A stretch of 36,734 nucleotides of DNA from Oligoflexia bacterium (lineage in GTDB: Bacteria > Bdellovibrionota > Bdellovibrionia > JABDDW01). A program made the translations under genes and the position numbers. The notes under the pieces are model-generated. The model saw only the letters and a list, made by a program, of their open reading frames with translations. It was not told where the DNA came from and searched no databases. Below are positions 7,489 through 17,404 of the stretch, one piece after another; within the stretch, counting starts at the first letter, position 1, and every line of letters starts with the position of its first letter. The stretch is taken from positions 1 through 36,734 of the forward strand of contig JAYTHU010000068.1 of assembly GCA_043732305.1 (NCBI GenBank), in the 5' to 3' direction.

Positions 7489-9084
7489 TTATCGGCAATT
7501 GAGGGCGGCGAGGGCCGTGATGAGCTGTAGGTCTTTTCTGGGGTTGTGGTCTGACATTCTCTGGAACTGCCCTAAGGCATTGGCGTTTTGAATGCATGTT
7601 GCAGGGACGACCATAGGTTTGATTCCAGGCTTTGCGAAGGGCGTCGCCTGGTCGGCTTGAATGGGGTGGATCCCAATGTCTTCAATTCGCAGGCTTTCGG
7701 TTTCGTAACTTGCGGGTTGTGCAAATTTATAAACTTCCAGGTCCGGTGTGATTCCACGTTTCTGTGGAGACTGGCCATCGGCTAAATAATAAACAAATGA
7801 AGTTTCGGCATGTTCGAGTGTTCCCACTTCACTGTGAGTTTGCACAGAACCTTTTCCATAGGAGCGCGTTCCTACGATTAGTCCGCGGCCCATGATTTTC
7901 ATGGAGCCTGCAAAAATTTCTGCGGAACTTGCCGTTCCAATGTCTTGAAGAATGACGACGGGCTTAGTGTAGGTGAGTGATGATTTTTCAGTGCCGAAAA
8001 TTTCTGCATCGCCATCACCAACAATACCTTCGACTTTGACAGTTTGTACGTTTCCGCCGATGAACAGACCTAAAATGCAATTTGCAATCGAGGTGTCTCC
8101 ACCGCCGTTGTCTCTCAAATCAATGACCAATCCCGAGGTAGAATTGTTCGCAACTTTCAATTTCTTCTCGATTTGCCGGCAGAGTCCTTCCCCTTGGTAC
8201 GGGTCATAAAATTTTTCAAAAGCGAGGTATCCCCAGGATTTTCCGCCGTGGGTGGCTTCCCTCCATTGGAAGCTTTGCACCTGTAGATTCCTAAACGTCA
8301 CAATAAAAGTGAGTGGACTGCCATGCCGAGACATTCCCAGTTTCAATTTTTCACCAGACTTTTTCTGAATGCTCAAATCGAATTGGGCTGCGCTCATTTG
8401 AGCGGCATTTCTTCCTTCTATGGAAACGAGAACGTCTCCTCTTTGGATTCCAGATTTTTCAGCATCGGATCCACGCATCACATAATTAACCACGCGAGAA
8501 ACATCAAAGCCAATTCCCATTACTGGACCAGTTGGAGAAACCGGCGCACTGTCGTATTTAATTCCAGGCAGGTACATTGAATTCGGGTCGTAAGTGTAGG
8601 CAGATGCGGAGTTGAACATGCGCCCAATTTCATATGGCGCGAAATTTGATTTTAATTTTTTTAAATTTTGATAAATCATAACGAGATTTTTTGTTGCCGA
8701 ATTTAAATCCATTTTTTCAATGACAGCATATCGAGACCGCTCTCTCTGCCAAAATGCTTTAGTTTGCAAATCGCCCACTGGTTCTTTGAGTGCGGGATTT
8801 TTAATGATGGTGAGTTGCGGATTCTTAGCTAGCGAGATTTCGAGTTGAGGGTCTATCTGCCTAGCCATAGTTTCCACCATCGCAAAACATCCACGGAAAA
8901 ATCTAACGTCAGCTCCGCAGTATTTTTCTGTTATTTGATCATCTACCCAAGTGATGTCGAGTTTGGTGTTTCGCCAACGTAATTCTTCCATTTCAAGTGG
9001 CGAGAAGTAGTAAGCGAAGCTAGGAAGAGAAAAGAAACCCCCTGCCAGAAAAAGAAACGCTATCCCTAGTACAAATCTTGTCAT
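7489..9084 (-). CDS. Secreted S41 family (C-terminal processing) peptidase with PDZ domain
   Basis: Signal peptide; PDZ (GIGF..GSDAEKSGIQRGDVL); DLRDNGGG, TASSAEIFAG and SYGKGSVQ catalytic Ser/Lys motifs. Confidence 0.92.
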   Translation of the reverse strand: MTRFVLGIAFLFLAGGFFSLPSFAYYFSPLEMEELRWRNTKLDITWVDDQITEKYCGADVRFFRGCFAMVETMARQIDPQLEISLAKNPQLTIIKNPALKEPVGDLQTKAFWQRERSRYAVIEKMDLNSATKNLVMIYQNLKKLKSNFAPYEIGRMFNSASAYTYDPNSMYLPGIKYDSAPVSPTGPVMGIGFDVSRVVNYVMRGSDAEKSGIQRGDVLVSIEGRNAAQMSAAQFDLSIQKKSGEKLKLGMSRHGSPLTFIVTFRNLQVQSFQWREATHGGKSWGYLAFEKFYDPYQGEGLCRQIEKKLKVANNSTSGLVIDLRDNGGGDTSIANCILGLFIGGNVQTVKVEGIVGDGDAEIFGTEKSSLTYTKPVVILQDIGTASSAEIFAGSMKIMGRGLIVGTRSYGKGSVQTHSEVGTLEHAETSFVYYLADGQSPQKRGITPDLEVYKFAQPASYETESLRIEDIGIHPIQADQATPFAKPGIKPMVVPATCIQNANALGQFQRMSDHNPRKDLQLITALAALNCR

Positions 9085-9110
9085 TGAGCCCCCCCAATAA
9101 CTCGATTAAT

Positions 9111-9126
9111 TGCAATTGGCGTTCCA
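9111..9126 (-). promoter_or_regulatory. Sigma54 promoter
   Basis: Minus strand TGGAACGCCAATTGCA (GG-N10-GC), 26 nt upstream of the ATG. Confidence 0.65.
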
Positions 9127-9236
9127 TAAAAAATTTAGTCAGACCGCATCCGTCAAGAGTGAGGTCTTCGATCTGGAGGGTGAATTTGATTTAAGTTTAT
9201 AATTTATTTATAAATTATTCTAACAGGCGTGTAACT

Positions 9237-9866
9237 TTAAGACTGAAACTTCCAGGATCCAGTGCTGATCACTGTTTTGGAAACGGAGTGAATCAACTCC
9301 AAATGAATTTCGTCACCGGGAAAAACCGTCCCCACTCCTTCGGGAGTTCCCGTGAGCACGATGTCTTTGGGACGAAGTGGGAAATGGTCTTTGAGATAAG
9401 CCAAAATTTCCGAGACGGAGAAGATCATGTCTTTGATCAATCCATTTTGAGAAAGCTTTCCGTTGTGGGTGAGTCTTAACTCTAAGTTTTTAAAATCTCG
9501 GCCGAATTCATTTTCGAAGTCATCCGACAGTTTTACCCAATTTCCAAAGCCGCAGCTTTCTTTAAATCCTTTTCCCAAGGACCAGGGAGCTTTGGCTTCT
9601 TGCGCCTCTTTTTGTTTATCGCGAGCGGTGAGATCATTTGCGACACAAATTTCTGAAATGTTCAAATTTACGTCAACACGAAAGGCAAGTTCAACCTCGA
9701 ACTGCACATTTTTTGAAAAGGGGGGGATGGTGATTATTTTGTCAGAATCAACGGCCGAGGCGGGTGGCTTAAAGAAGATGATTGGCGCCAAGGGAATATT
9801 GTTACCAAGTTCTTTAGCGTGGGCCGCATAGTTTCTGCCAACACAATAGATCATCCCAAGTTCCAT
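9237..9866 (-). CDS. Fumarylacetoacetate hydrolase family protein
   Basis: CVGRNYAAHAKE, FFKP, FEVELA, NDLTARD and DIVLTGTPEGVG motifs. Confidence 0.93.
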   Translation of the reverse strand: MELGMIYCVGRNYAAHAKELGNNIPLAPIIFFKPPASAVDSDKIITIPPFSKNVQFEVELAFRVDVNLNISEICVANDLTARDKQKEAQEAKAPWSLGKGFKESCGFGNWVKLSDDFENEFGRDFKNLELRLTHNGKLSQNGLIKDMIFSVSEILAYLKDHFPLRPKDIVLTGTPEGVGTVFPGDEIHLELIHSVSKTVISTGSWKFQS

Positions 9867-10312
9867 GATTTACCTTTCTTTATACAAACGGTAGCTCGGC
9901 CTTTTTTAACATCAACCCAATGTCCTGTTAAAGAATCAACTAGCATTGGCAGAACATCCCCGTGACTGCATAGGTAAATAGTAGAAACCGTGGCTTCTGC
10001 CAAAATCTCCTCTAAAAATCTATTGATGCGGTTGTGGAACTCGCGACTGCCTTCAGAGGATGATTGTTCGTCTAATTCGGCTTTTATCTCTAAAGGAATT
10101 TTTTGTAATTTTGCTAATGGCTGCAGAGTTTCCACGCAGCGTTTTTTTGGACTCGTCCAAAATATTTCACCCAATGGCAGTTTTCCGTTTTCATAACTTT
10201 TCGCCAGTTCTCGAATCTGAATCTCGCCCTTTTCGTCGATGCCATTGTCGGCATCGCGATCAGAGGTGTTTCTATGGGCGTGTCTGACAAAAACTATAGA
10301 AGTAAGGCTCAT
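9851..10312 (-). CDS. Histidine phosphatase superfamily protein (SixA-like)
   Basis: VRHA, TSPKKRCVET and CSHG motifs; 153 aa. Confidence 0.85.
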   Translation of the reverse strand: MSLTSIVFVRHAHRNTSDRDADNGIDEKGEIQIRELAKSYENGKLPLGEIFWTSPKKRCVETLQPLAKLQKIPLEIKAELDEQSSSEGSREFHNRINRFLEEILAEATVSTIYLCSHGDVLPMLVDSLTGHWVDVKKGRATVCIKKGKSWNLG

Positions 10313-10322
10313 CTATTTAAAC

Positions 10323-12659
10323 TCAATTGGTTTCGTGTGTTGCACTCGTTGTTCCCGCATTTTCTTTTGTTGAAGCATTGCAGGCGTCTTCACCGGGATT
10401 CGCACCGCCCTCAAATATCAGGCGCAACTGTTCATTCTGGATCTGAGGATCGATGGCGCGGTAGATTTGAGATTGCATGGCGGTAAAGGTATTGTAAATA
10501 GCTAAACCTTCCCTGAGTGCATCTTGATCTGATTTTTCTTTAGCGGTCATCGTACACGGGTTTTTTGGTGGAGGCCAAATCAGGTCTTTTGAATCTTTAG
10601 CCGTTAGTTTTACGGTCAAGTAAACAGCTTCAGCGGCATCACTAGGAGTCATGAGACTTAATATCATTCCTGGACCGAACTCTTGAAATAGAGGGTTCTT
10701 CTTGAGATTAAAAAGATGGTTAATTCGATCTCGATCGGGGCGCGTAAAATCTAAAACCACGCTCAAGTTTGCGACAATCTCATCTAACTCTGCTGTTCTT
10801 TCTCTTGCTAATTCTTCTCTGTTTTTATCAGCTACTCCTTGCAATTGGGGACTTGGTTGTAAATCACGATCGCGAACATCTCGACCAAAATCGGTCGCGT
10901 AAATATCCATACCTTTTTGCTTTAGGTAATATTCAAAAATATATCTCATATCTCGAACAGAGTCGGGAGAAATTTTTCTTGCAAAGTCAGGTTTGAAAAG
11001 AATGAGAGTGTTAGCGTAGGCGTTTCTGCGATCATAAAGTTTTGCCCAATCGCCCCAATCCACTGAATTGTAAATGTTCGCGGGTAAGTTTGCTTTTAGA
11101 TAGTTAAAAATCACTAGTTGTTGATTGACATTAAAATTGGTGCTGGTGAGTTCATAGTGTACGCCCAATTCCATGTGACAATTATTTTCAATGTTGTCAG
11201 TAAGGCAAAGAGCATCCAAAGTTTTGATTTCCGCTCTTTTCTTTAAGCCAAAATTTCTTTTTTCCTCATGCGATTCTTCATAAACATAGTGATCAAAGTG
11301 ACGGGAATGACCATTGTTGTTAAATGAGTTCAAACCATCTCTTGAAAATGTGTTGCGATCTTCATTGTACATAAGCAAATCCATGCCTTCATGTTTGATG
11401 AAGACATCTTGATCTGAGGACTGACTGACCTGAATATAGCGATGCACTCGTCTGCTTGACGGAGCAATTCCAGCGTAGACATCTTGTTTGTAGAGTAAAT
11501 CCAAGCCTGGCAGTTCTTCCGTTCCTTGCAAGTCCACCGTTATTAATTTTTGAGTTTTTTCCAGATTCTGGATTAGCGGATTTACAATTTCCGCGACTTT
11601 AGCAAGGGCCATACCTTTTATTTTGTGATCTTCAAAAAGAAAGTAAGGACCGACCAGTCTATTGTAAGCTGCGGCAGCTTTCGCATCTCTCAGGTCAATA
11701 AAATAATCTGTGACGAAATAACTGTAATGCATTTCGGGCAAATTGGCTAATCTGCCAAATCCTTGTTGAGTCAATGCGATACGAGGAGAAATGCGATCGG
11801 TAACCAACTTGAAAATCAAGCGCACCGCTTTCAGAAGAATTCCGTGTGGGGTGGGGATAAATGGAATGTATTCCGCAGCGCCTTCAATGATTGGACCGTG
11901 TTGTTTAATCGCAATAATTTTTAAGCGCACGTGATCGAGTGGAAGGCGGGCGATATTTAAAATAAATTGTCCACTGAACATGGTTTTAATATCTGCACTG
12001 ACCGGAGAAAGATTAAACAATTTTGAATAAGTGGCTAGAGCGACTGTAAGAACAAGTTGGTTCCTGTAATTATAGATGTCCCCCACCTGTAATTTGTTTA
12101 GTGCAGTAGCTGAATCTGTCGGGACCTGTTCAAGAGTGTAGGGTCGATTTGTTTTGGATCTTAAACCAAGATAATCTTCAACGTCATTTTCAGAATAAAA
12201 CTGTCGGTAGAAATCACTTTCGAAAACTGGAGAGATGCTCACCGGAAATAACTTTATTTTGAGATAGTGGCTTAAATCGATTGATAGTTGAGGTACAAAA
12301 CTTTCGGTTCGCGTGTATTGATTTTGTAAGTAGGAGGGGCGCCAGCCGGTTTTTGCTTTTAGTTGAAAATTGGATTTTCCACCAAAATCTCGATTTAAGG
12401 CGCTAATATCAAAATTAACAGAGAGCGATTCAAGTTGTTTTCGAAATCCACTTTTCTGTTCCGGCACCGTTGCGCTAGGTGTCACAGTCGCGGGATCTGG
12501 CGTTTCTTTCGACAGCGAATCACTAGTCTGTTTATCGCCTTTTACCCAATCAAGAAGGATGTCATCCCAATCGCCGCTTGCCGCGTTGACCGTGAGAGGA
12601 GTTACCAAAGAGACAAAAAATGTCATTGCCATTAACAGCAAAAGCCGTGCATTAGTCAT
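10323..12659 (-). CDS. Large hypothetical secreted protein
   Basis: 778-aa ORF with signal peptide (..TVNA) and SD gagggg; no recognised domain. Confidence 0.8.
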   Translation of the reverse strand: MTNARLLLLMAMTFFVSLVTPLTVNAASGDWDDILLDWVKGDKQTSDSLSKETPDPATVTPSATVPEQKSGFRKQLESLSVNFDISALNRDFGGKSNFQLKAKTGWRPSYLQNQYTRTESFVPQLSIDLSHYLKIKLFPVSISPVFESDFYRQFYSENDVEDYLGLRSKTNRPYTLEQVPTDSATALNKLQVGDIYNYRNQLVLTVALATYSKLFNLSPVSADIKTMFSGQFILNIARLPLDHVRLKIIAIKQHGPIIEGAAEYIPFIPTPHGILLKAVRLIFKLVTDRISPRIALTQQGFGRLANLPEMHYSYFVTDYFIDLRDAKAAAAYNRLVGPYFLFEDHKIKGMALAKVAEIVNPLIQNLEKTQKLITVDLQGTEELPGLDLLYKQDVYAGIAPSSRRVHRYIQVSQSSDQDVFIKHEGMDLLMYNEDRNTFSRDGLNSFNNNGHSRHFDHYVYEESHEEKRNFGLKKRAEIKTLDALCLTDNIENNCHMELGVHYELTSTNFNVNQQLVIFNYLKANLPANIYNSVDWGDWAKLYDRRNAYANTLILFKPDFARKISPDSVRDMRYIFEYYLKQKGMDIYATDFGRDVRDRDLQPSPQLQGVADKNREELARERTAELDEIVANLSVVLDFTRPDRDRINHLFNLKKNPLFQEFGPGMILSLMTPSDAAEAVYLTVKLTAKDSKDLIWPPPKNPCTMTAKEKSDQDALREGLAIYNTFTAMQSQIYRAIDPQIQNEQLRLIFEGGANPGEDACNASTKENAGTTSATHETN

Positions 12660-12709
12660 GTTCGATTACCCCTCAAATACGAATGAACTCAGTATCAATT
12701 CATATATAG

Positions 12710-12725
12710 AGCAATCGCTATGCCA
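12710..12725 (-). promoter_or_regulatory. Sigma54 promoter
   Basis: Minus strand TGGCATAGCGATTGCT, a near-consensus -24/-12 element. Confidence 0.72.
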
Positions 12726-12763
12726 GGTTTTGGGGTGAATTCTTAAACAAAATTAAAGACTTA

Positions 12764-14236
12764 TTAGAAGCTGCGGTTTTGATCTGTAAAAGTTTTGTTG
12801 AGACCGTTGAAAGCCGCTATTTTATAGGTCTCTGCGAGGGTTGGGTAGTTGAAAATATTGCGAACCAGTGTCTTCATATCTCCACCTAATGTCATCACCA
12901 TTTGTCCCATGTGAATGAGTTCACTTGCAGCAGTTCCAATAATATGGATGCCATAAATTTTGTGAGTTTTTGGACAGAAACAAATTTTAAGTAGTCCTCC
13001 GCCGTCGGCAATAATTTGCCCGCGTGCGGATTCCTGGTACTCGGCTCTGCCAACTTCATACTCGATATTATCAGCTTGAAGTTCTTCTTCTGTTTTACCA
13101 ATGCTGCTGATTTCAGGAATGGTGTAAATGCCGTAAGGAAAAATCTCAGGAAAATCACCATGAGGAATATTGAGTGCATGACAGACAGCCAGGCGTCCTT
13201 GCTCAAATCCAGAGGACGCTAAACTTGGGAAACCGATGACATCGCCAACTGCATAAATATTTCTGTGGCAAATGTTTCCAGCGTTGTCTGCACAATGTGC
13301 GGTGTAATGTTTGTCGACGACGATGTGTCCGCGTTCGTCGGTTTTAATTCCAACTTTGTCCAATGAAAGATTTTGGGTTTGTGCAGCCCGACCCATGCAA
13401 TACAAAACGACATCGGCTTGAATAATTTTTCCTGATTTCAGTTTTGTGATGGTCTGCCTTTTTAGGTTTTCATTTGAATTTTCTTTTGAGTTTTTGTCTG
13501 CGGGAACGATAGTGATTGATTCTAATTCTTCGCCGAGAAGTATCCGGCAGCCCTGACTGATAAGAGCCTTTTTAAGAGTCTCCGTGATTTCTTGATCGAT
13601 GAAAGGAAGGATTTCGGGTTTTCTTTCGATGAGAGTCACGTTTATGCCGAGTGCTGAAAACATACTTGCATATTCGCAGCCGATGACGCCGCCGCCGATG
13701 ACCGCCATTGTTTCAGGAATCATTCCAAGTTTCAGAATGCTATCACTGTCGCAAACGATTTTGTCGTCGAATGGAATGTGTGCTGGTCTCACGGGTTTGG
13801 ATCCAGTGGCCACTAAAAATTGTTTGCCTTCGAGAATGATTTCTCCACCTTCAGCGGTTTTGACCATCACATGTGTGCTGTCTACAAAACTGCCGAATCC
13901 GTGATAAACGCTCACGCCATTTGATCTAATGGCTTGTGCGATAATTTCATTTTCATTGGCGGTGACGTTGTCTTTTCTGGCGGATAATTCTTCGAATGTG
14001 ATTTGTTTTAATGCTGATTTGCGGGTGAGCTCGCTTGTAGAAAGTCGGAAAGTGAATAAGTTGTAGATACTTTCTCTTAGTGCCTTGGAAGGAAGAGTTC
14101 CCGTGTGGATGCAGGCTCCTCCAAATACATTTTCCTTTTCCACGAGGGCCACATGTTTTCCGCTTTTAGCTGCGGTGATGGCTCCACGCTGGCCGCCAGG
14201 ACCAGATCCTATAACAATCAAATCAAATGGTTTCAT
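12764..14236 (-). CDS. sthA: Soluble (Si-specific) NAD(P)+ transhydrogenase
   Basis: GSGPGG FAD motif; GGACIHTGTLPSK (CxxxxT typical of STH); GGGVIGCEYAS, YGIYTIPEIS and FNYPTLAETYK. Confidence 0.93.
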   Translation of the reverse strand: MKPFDLIVIGSGPGGQRGAITAAKSGKHVALVEKENVFGGACIHTGTLPSKALRESIYNLFTFRLSTSELTRKSALKQITFEELSARKDNVTANENEIIAQAIRSNGVSVYHGFGSFVDSTHVMVKTAEGGEIILEGKQFLVATGSKPVRPAHIPFDDKIVCDSDSILKLGMIPETMAVIGGGVIGCEYASMFSALGINVTLIERKPEILPFIDQEITETLKKALISQGCRILLGEELESITIVPADKNSKENSNENLKRQTITKLKSGKIIQADVVLYCMGRAAQTQNLSLDKVGIKTDERGHIVVDKHYTAHCADNAGNICHRNIYAVGDVIGFPSLASSGFEQGRLAVCHALNIPHGDFPEIFPYGIYTIPEISSIGKTEEELQADNIEYEVGRAEYQESARGQIIADGGGLLKICFCPKTHKIYGIHIIGTAASELIHMGQMVMTLGGDMKTLVRNIFNYPTLAETYKIAAFNGLNKTFTDQNRSF

Positions 14237-14242
14237 TCAGTA

Positions 14243-14272
14243 ATTGTAATACCAAACTTAGTAGCGGGTCCA
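14243..14272 (-). promoter_or_regulatory. Putative leaderless sigma70 promoter of sthA
   Basis: TGGACC-N18-TACAAT-N6-ATG; no SD. Confidence 0.5.
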
Positions 14273-14477
14273 TCATGCTTTCGTTTTTTCTCTCTTTCTG
14301 TGGTTTTGCTGAGCTTAGTGAACGAAGTTTGGATTGTTATGTGAGCTTTGGTCGGCCGCCAGTTTGGCGAAGGTGGAGTCGAAACATAAATCTAGATTTG
14401 GAAAAATGTGGAAAAGTTGCGATCACAGTGAATGTCAGGGAACATTGGCGGGCCATTACCATGCCGTAGGGCGCACC

Positions 14478-14506
14478 TTGACAACTCCGCTTTAAGAGCA
14501 CAGAAT
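14478..14506 (+). promoter_or_regulatory. Sigma70 promoter of lemA operon
   Basis: TTGACA-N17-CAGAAT. Confidence 0.6.
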
Positions 14507-14568
14507 TGGGGAAATTATCGCTTACTTAAAAAGTAAATAGACAGCGCCAGGCGCGCTAGGAGCAATGA

Positions 14569-15162
14569 ATGCGTAACGTACTGATAGGTGTTGGAGCAGT
14601 TTTAGGTTTGGTCTTGATTGTGATTCTCATGTACATGGGTTCTTACAATGGCCTGGTTTCCAGACAAGAAAATGTAAATGGAAAATGGAGCCAAGTTCAA
14701 AATGATTATCAGCGCCGCGCGGATCTGATTCCTAATTTGGTCAACACAGTCAAAGGGGTCGCTTCATTCGAAAAAGATACTCTCACTGCGGTGACTCAAG
14801 CGCGATCGCAAGTGGCTGGAATGAAAGTTGGAAAAGATGTTCTCGATGATCCTCAATCCTTCAAACGATTTGAAGCGGCTCAGGGGCAATTGACCTCAGC
14901 ACTGTCACGTTTGATGGTTGTTGTCGAAAAATATCCCGAATTAAAAGCCACCGAAAATTTCACACAACTTCAATCTCAACTTGAGGGAACTGAAAATCGA
15001 ATCACTGTTGCACGCAGAGATTTCAATGAAGCGGTTCAAGAGTACAACACTTCTATTCGCACGATGCCCGCAAGCATTGTCGCTGGCATTGGTGGATTCA
15101 AAGCGAAAGCTTATTTTGAAGCGGTTCAAGGATCAGAGAAAGTTCCGGAAGTCAAATTTTGA
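14569..15162 (+). CDS. lemA: LemA family protein
   Basis: N-terminal TM; YQRRADLIPNLVNTVKG, EKYPELKA and QLEGTENRITVARRDFN. Confidence 0.95.
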   Translation: MRNVLIGVGAVLGLVLIVILMYMGSYNGLVSRQENVNGKWSQVQNDYQRRADLIPNLVNTVKGVASFEKDTLTAVTQARSQVAGMKVGKDVLDDPQSFKRFEAAQGQLTSALSRLMVVVEKYPELKATENFTQLQSQLEGTENRITVARRDFNEAVQEYNTSIRTMPASIVAGIGGFKAKAYFEAVQGSEKVPEVKF

Positions 15163-15632
15163 AAACATGGTTGAATTCTTACAGACTCAAGCACCCGAAG
15201 CATTTCCTCTCTCGTAAAGAAGAGGTTTTGCTTTCCGCGCGAATCATCCAGTTTGAAGATCGCACGGGATGTGAACTTGTTTTTCACTTTCGAAAAGAGC
15301 TCGGTGAGAAGCCTTTTGAACGTGCGCGCGAATTGTTTTATCATTTTGGTTTAGATAAAACAGAACATCATGCCGCCATCATTGTGGTTTTGAGTTTCAC
15401 CGATAGAAAATATGCGGTTTATGTGGATGAAAATGTGGTGAGTAAAACAGAGGATAATCTTTGGACTCAAGTGGGCGACGCTATTGCCGCAAAACTTAAA
15501 ACTGGCGAAAGACTTTCCGCACTTTTAACCGCTTTGGACTTGGCAGAAAAGCCACTCGCTCTCAACGAGCCCGAGAAGTTAAAAAATCAAAAGCATGTTT
15601 TATCTAATAAGCCGATCACGGAGGAAGAATGA
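15159..15632 (+). CDS. TPM domain protein (DUF477/YgcG-like)
   Basis: FEDRTGCE..ERARELF..LDKTEHHAAII pattern; TTGA overlap with lemA; typical lemA neighbour. Confidence 0.8.
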   Translation: MKTWLNSYRLKHPKHFLSRKEEVLLSARIIQFEDRTGCELVFHFRKELGEKPFERARELFYHFGLDKTEHHAAIIVVLSFTDRKYAVYVDENVVSKTEDNLWTQVGDAIAAKLKTGERLSALLTALDLAEKPLALNEPEKLKNQKHVLSNKPITEEE

Positions 15633-16435
15633 TTAATACTAAGACATTGCTTTCGGTCATTTTATGTCTTCCTACTTTGTTTTTTTCCACTCGAAGTTTA
15701 GCTGCGCATAAACCTTTTCCTCCGGCACCAACAGCTTGGGTTTACGATGAACCTGGTGTTCTCACCGGGAAGCAAAAATATGCAGTGGGCGAGTATCTTT
15801 CCAAATTTGCAGATCAAACACATCACCAGATGGTGGTTGCGGTTTTTTCCACGTTGAAAGACGAAGCTTTTGAGGATTACGTTAACAAACTTTATCGCGC
15901 GTGGAAAATTGGCGATGCCAAAAGAAACGACGGCGTGCTTTTGGTCATCGCGATTGATGACAAAAAGTTTCGAACAGAAGTCGGTTACGGTCTAGAGGGA
16001 ATTCTCACGGACGCGTACACCTCGCAAATGGCGAGAGAAATTTTAGTTCCGAGCTTTCGCGCGAAAGATTATTTTGGTGGCATCGGAAAATTAGTTCAAA
16101 CATATGGAAATCGCATAATCACAGCTGAGCAAAATGGCGGGGTGGTTTCTGATCGAGGAGCGCAGGGCGACGCTAAACAAGCGACTGGATCAAAACTTTT
16201 ATTTCTTTTGTTTGGGCCATTCTTTATTTTATTTATCATGCTGCAAGGAGTTCTCAGGCTTTTCCGCGGCCGTTCTGTCTCTGTAAATTCACGCAACAAC
16301 AACAACTTTTGGGGTGGCGGCGGATTCTGGGGTGGTGGTGGCGGAGGTTTTGGCGACGGTGGAGGCGGTGGCTTCGGAGGATTCGGCGGTGGCGGTGGTT
16401 CCAGTGGCGGCGGCGGCTCTAGCGGTGGTTGGTAA
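15629..16435 (+). CDS. TPM domain protein with Gly-rich tail (YgcG-like)
   Basis: WKIGDAKRNDGVLL and EVGYGLEGILTD; TM helix; GGGSSGGGGSSGGW C-terminus; ATGA overlap. Confidence 0.92.
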   Translation: MINTKTLLSVILCLPTLFFSTRSLAAHKPFPPAPTAWVYDEPGVLTGKQKYAVGEYLSKFADQTHHQMVVAVFSTLKDEAFEDYVNKLYRAWKIGDAKRNDGVLLVIAIDDKKFRTEVGYGLEGILTDAYTSQMAREILVPSFRAKDYFGGIGKLVQTYGNRIITAEQNGGVVSDRGAQGDAKQATGSKLLFLLFGPFFILFIMLQGVLRLFRGRSVSVNSRNNNNFWGGGGFWGGGGGGFGDGGGGGFGGFGGGGGSSGGGGSSGGW

Positions 16436-16477
16436 TTAAGATTTAAAAGACCTGAATTTATAAGGCAGGAGTACTCA

Positions 16478-17389
16478 GTGAATGATCAAGCGACAACTCA
16501 AAATCCAAAAGTAAATATCGAGAAATTCATAACCAAGAATGGTCATATTCGCGCATCGGCAGTTGTGGCAACGCCGATCATTCAGGAAATGCAGAAGATT
16601 CATATGTCTCATCCACTCGCAACGGCAGCTCTCGGAAGAGCGTTGATTGGAGCAGGTCTCCTTGCCACTTTTATGAAGGGTGGCGGCCGTATGAGTTTGC
16701 ATTTTAAGGGCGATGGTCCACTGGGTGCCGTGTTTGCTGAAGGCGATGAAGACGGCGGAGTGCGAGGTTTTATTGCAAACCCTCTTGTGCATCTTCCAAG
16801 TAAAAATGGGAAATTAGATGTTGGTGCAGGCGTAGGTAAAATCGGCACTCTCACCGCTTCTACTTCACATCCATTAGAGAAAAAACCTTACTCGGGTACG
16901 GTAGAACTTCAATCGGGTGAAATCGGTGATGATATTGCTTATTATCTTTTTCAATCACAACAAGTTTCATCCGTTGTTGCGCTTGGAGTTTTTGTTGAAC
17001 CTGACAATACTGTCAGTGCAGCAGGTGGACTGATTGTTCAGCTGATGCCTGGGGCGACAGAGGAAACAATTGCCAAGTTAGAGAAGCGCGTGAAATCTAT
17101 GCGCACGATGACCGAGATGGTGAGAAACGGTTCAAAAGCGATTGATCTTGCCGCTGAAGTTCTTGAAGATTTTGAATTTCGTGCATTAGAGATAGAACGC
17201 GAAATGACTTATTCTTGTCAGTGCTCTATCACTCGGGTTGAGAAAGCTTTGTTGCTTCTAGGCGAAGTGGAAATCAATGCTCTGATCGAAAAAAATGAAC
17301 CCGCCGAAGTGAATTGTGATTTTTGCGGACGTAGGTACAGTCTAGGTCTTGATACTCTCAAGATGCTCAGTCAAGCCGCGAAAAAATAA
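16478..17389 (+). CDS. hslO: Hsp33 redox-regulated chaperone
   Basis: ATAALGRALI, GDGPLG and SGEIGDDIAYYL; Zn motif CQCS...CDFC; GTG start with SD aggag. Confidence 0.95.
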   Translation: MNDQATTQNPKVNIEKFITKNGHIRASAVVATPIIQEMQKIHMSHPLATAALGRALIGAGLLATFMKGGGRMSLHFKGDGPLGAVFAEGDEDGGVRGFIANPLVHLPSKNGKLDVGAGVGKIGTLTASTSHPLEKKPYSGTVELQSGEIGDDIAYYLFQSQQVSSVVALGVFVEPDNTVSAAGGLIVQLMPGATEETIAKLEKRVKSMRTMTEMVRNGSKAIDLAAEVLEDFEFRALEIEREMTYSCQCSITRVEKALLLLGEVEINALIEKNEPAEVNCDFCGRRYSLGLDTLKMLSQAAKK

Positions 17390-17404
17390 CTCCGATAAAG
17401 CGGT

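Noticed and set aside
9199..9218. AT-only IR ataattta-ttta-taaattat upstream of the S41 sigma54 site
   Set aside because: Low complexity in an AT-rich tract; could be an activator site but is unsupported.
14227..14469. 80-aa ORF between sthA and lemA
   Set aside because: Overlaps the sthA start and promoter, has no SD or motif, and lies in a divergent regulatory region.
16310..16432. GGN-rich repeat tract
   Set aside because: It is the normal Gly-rich tail of YgcG-like TPM proteins.
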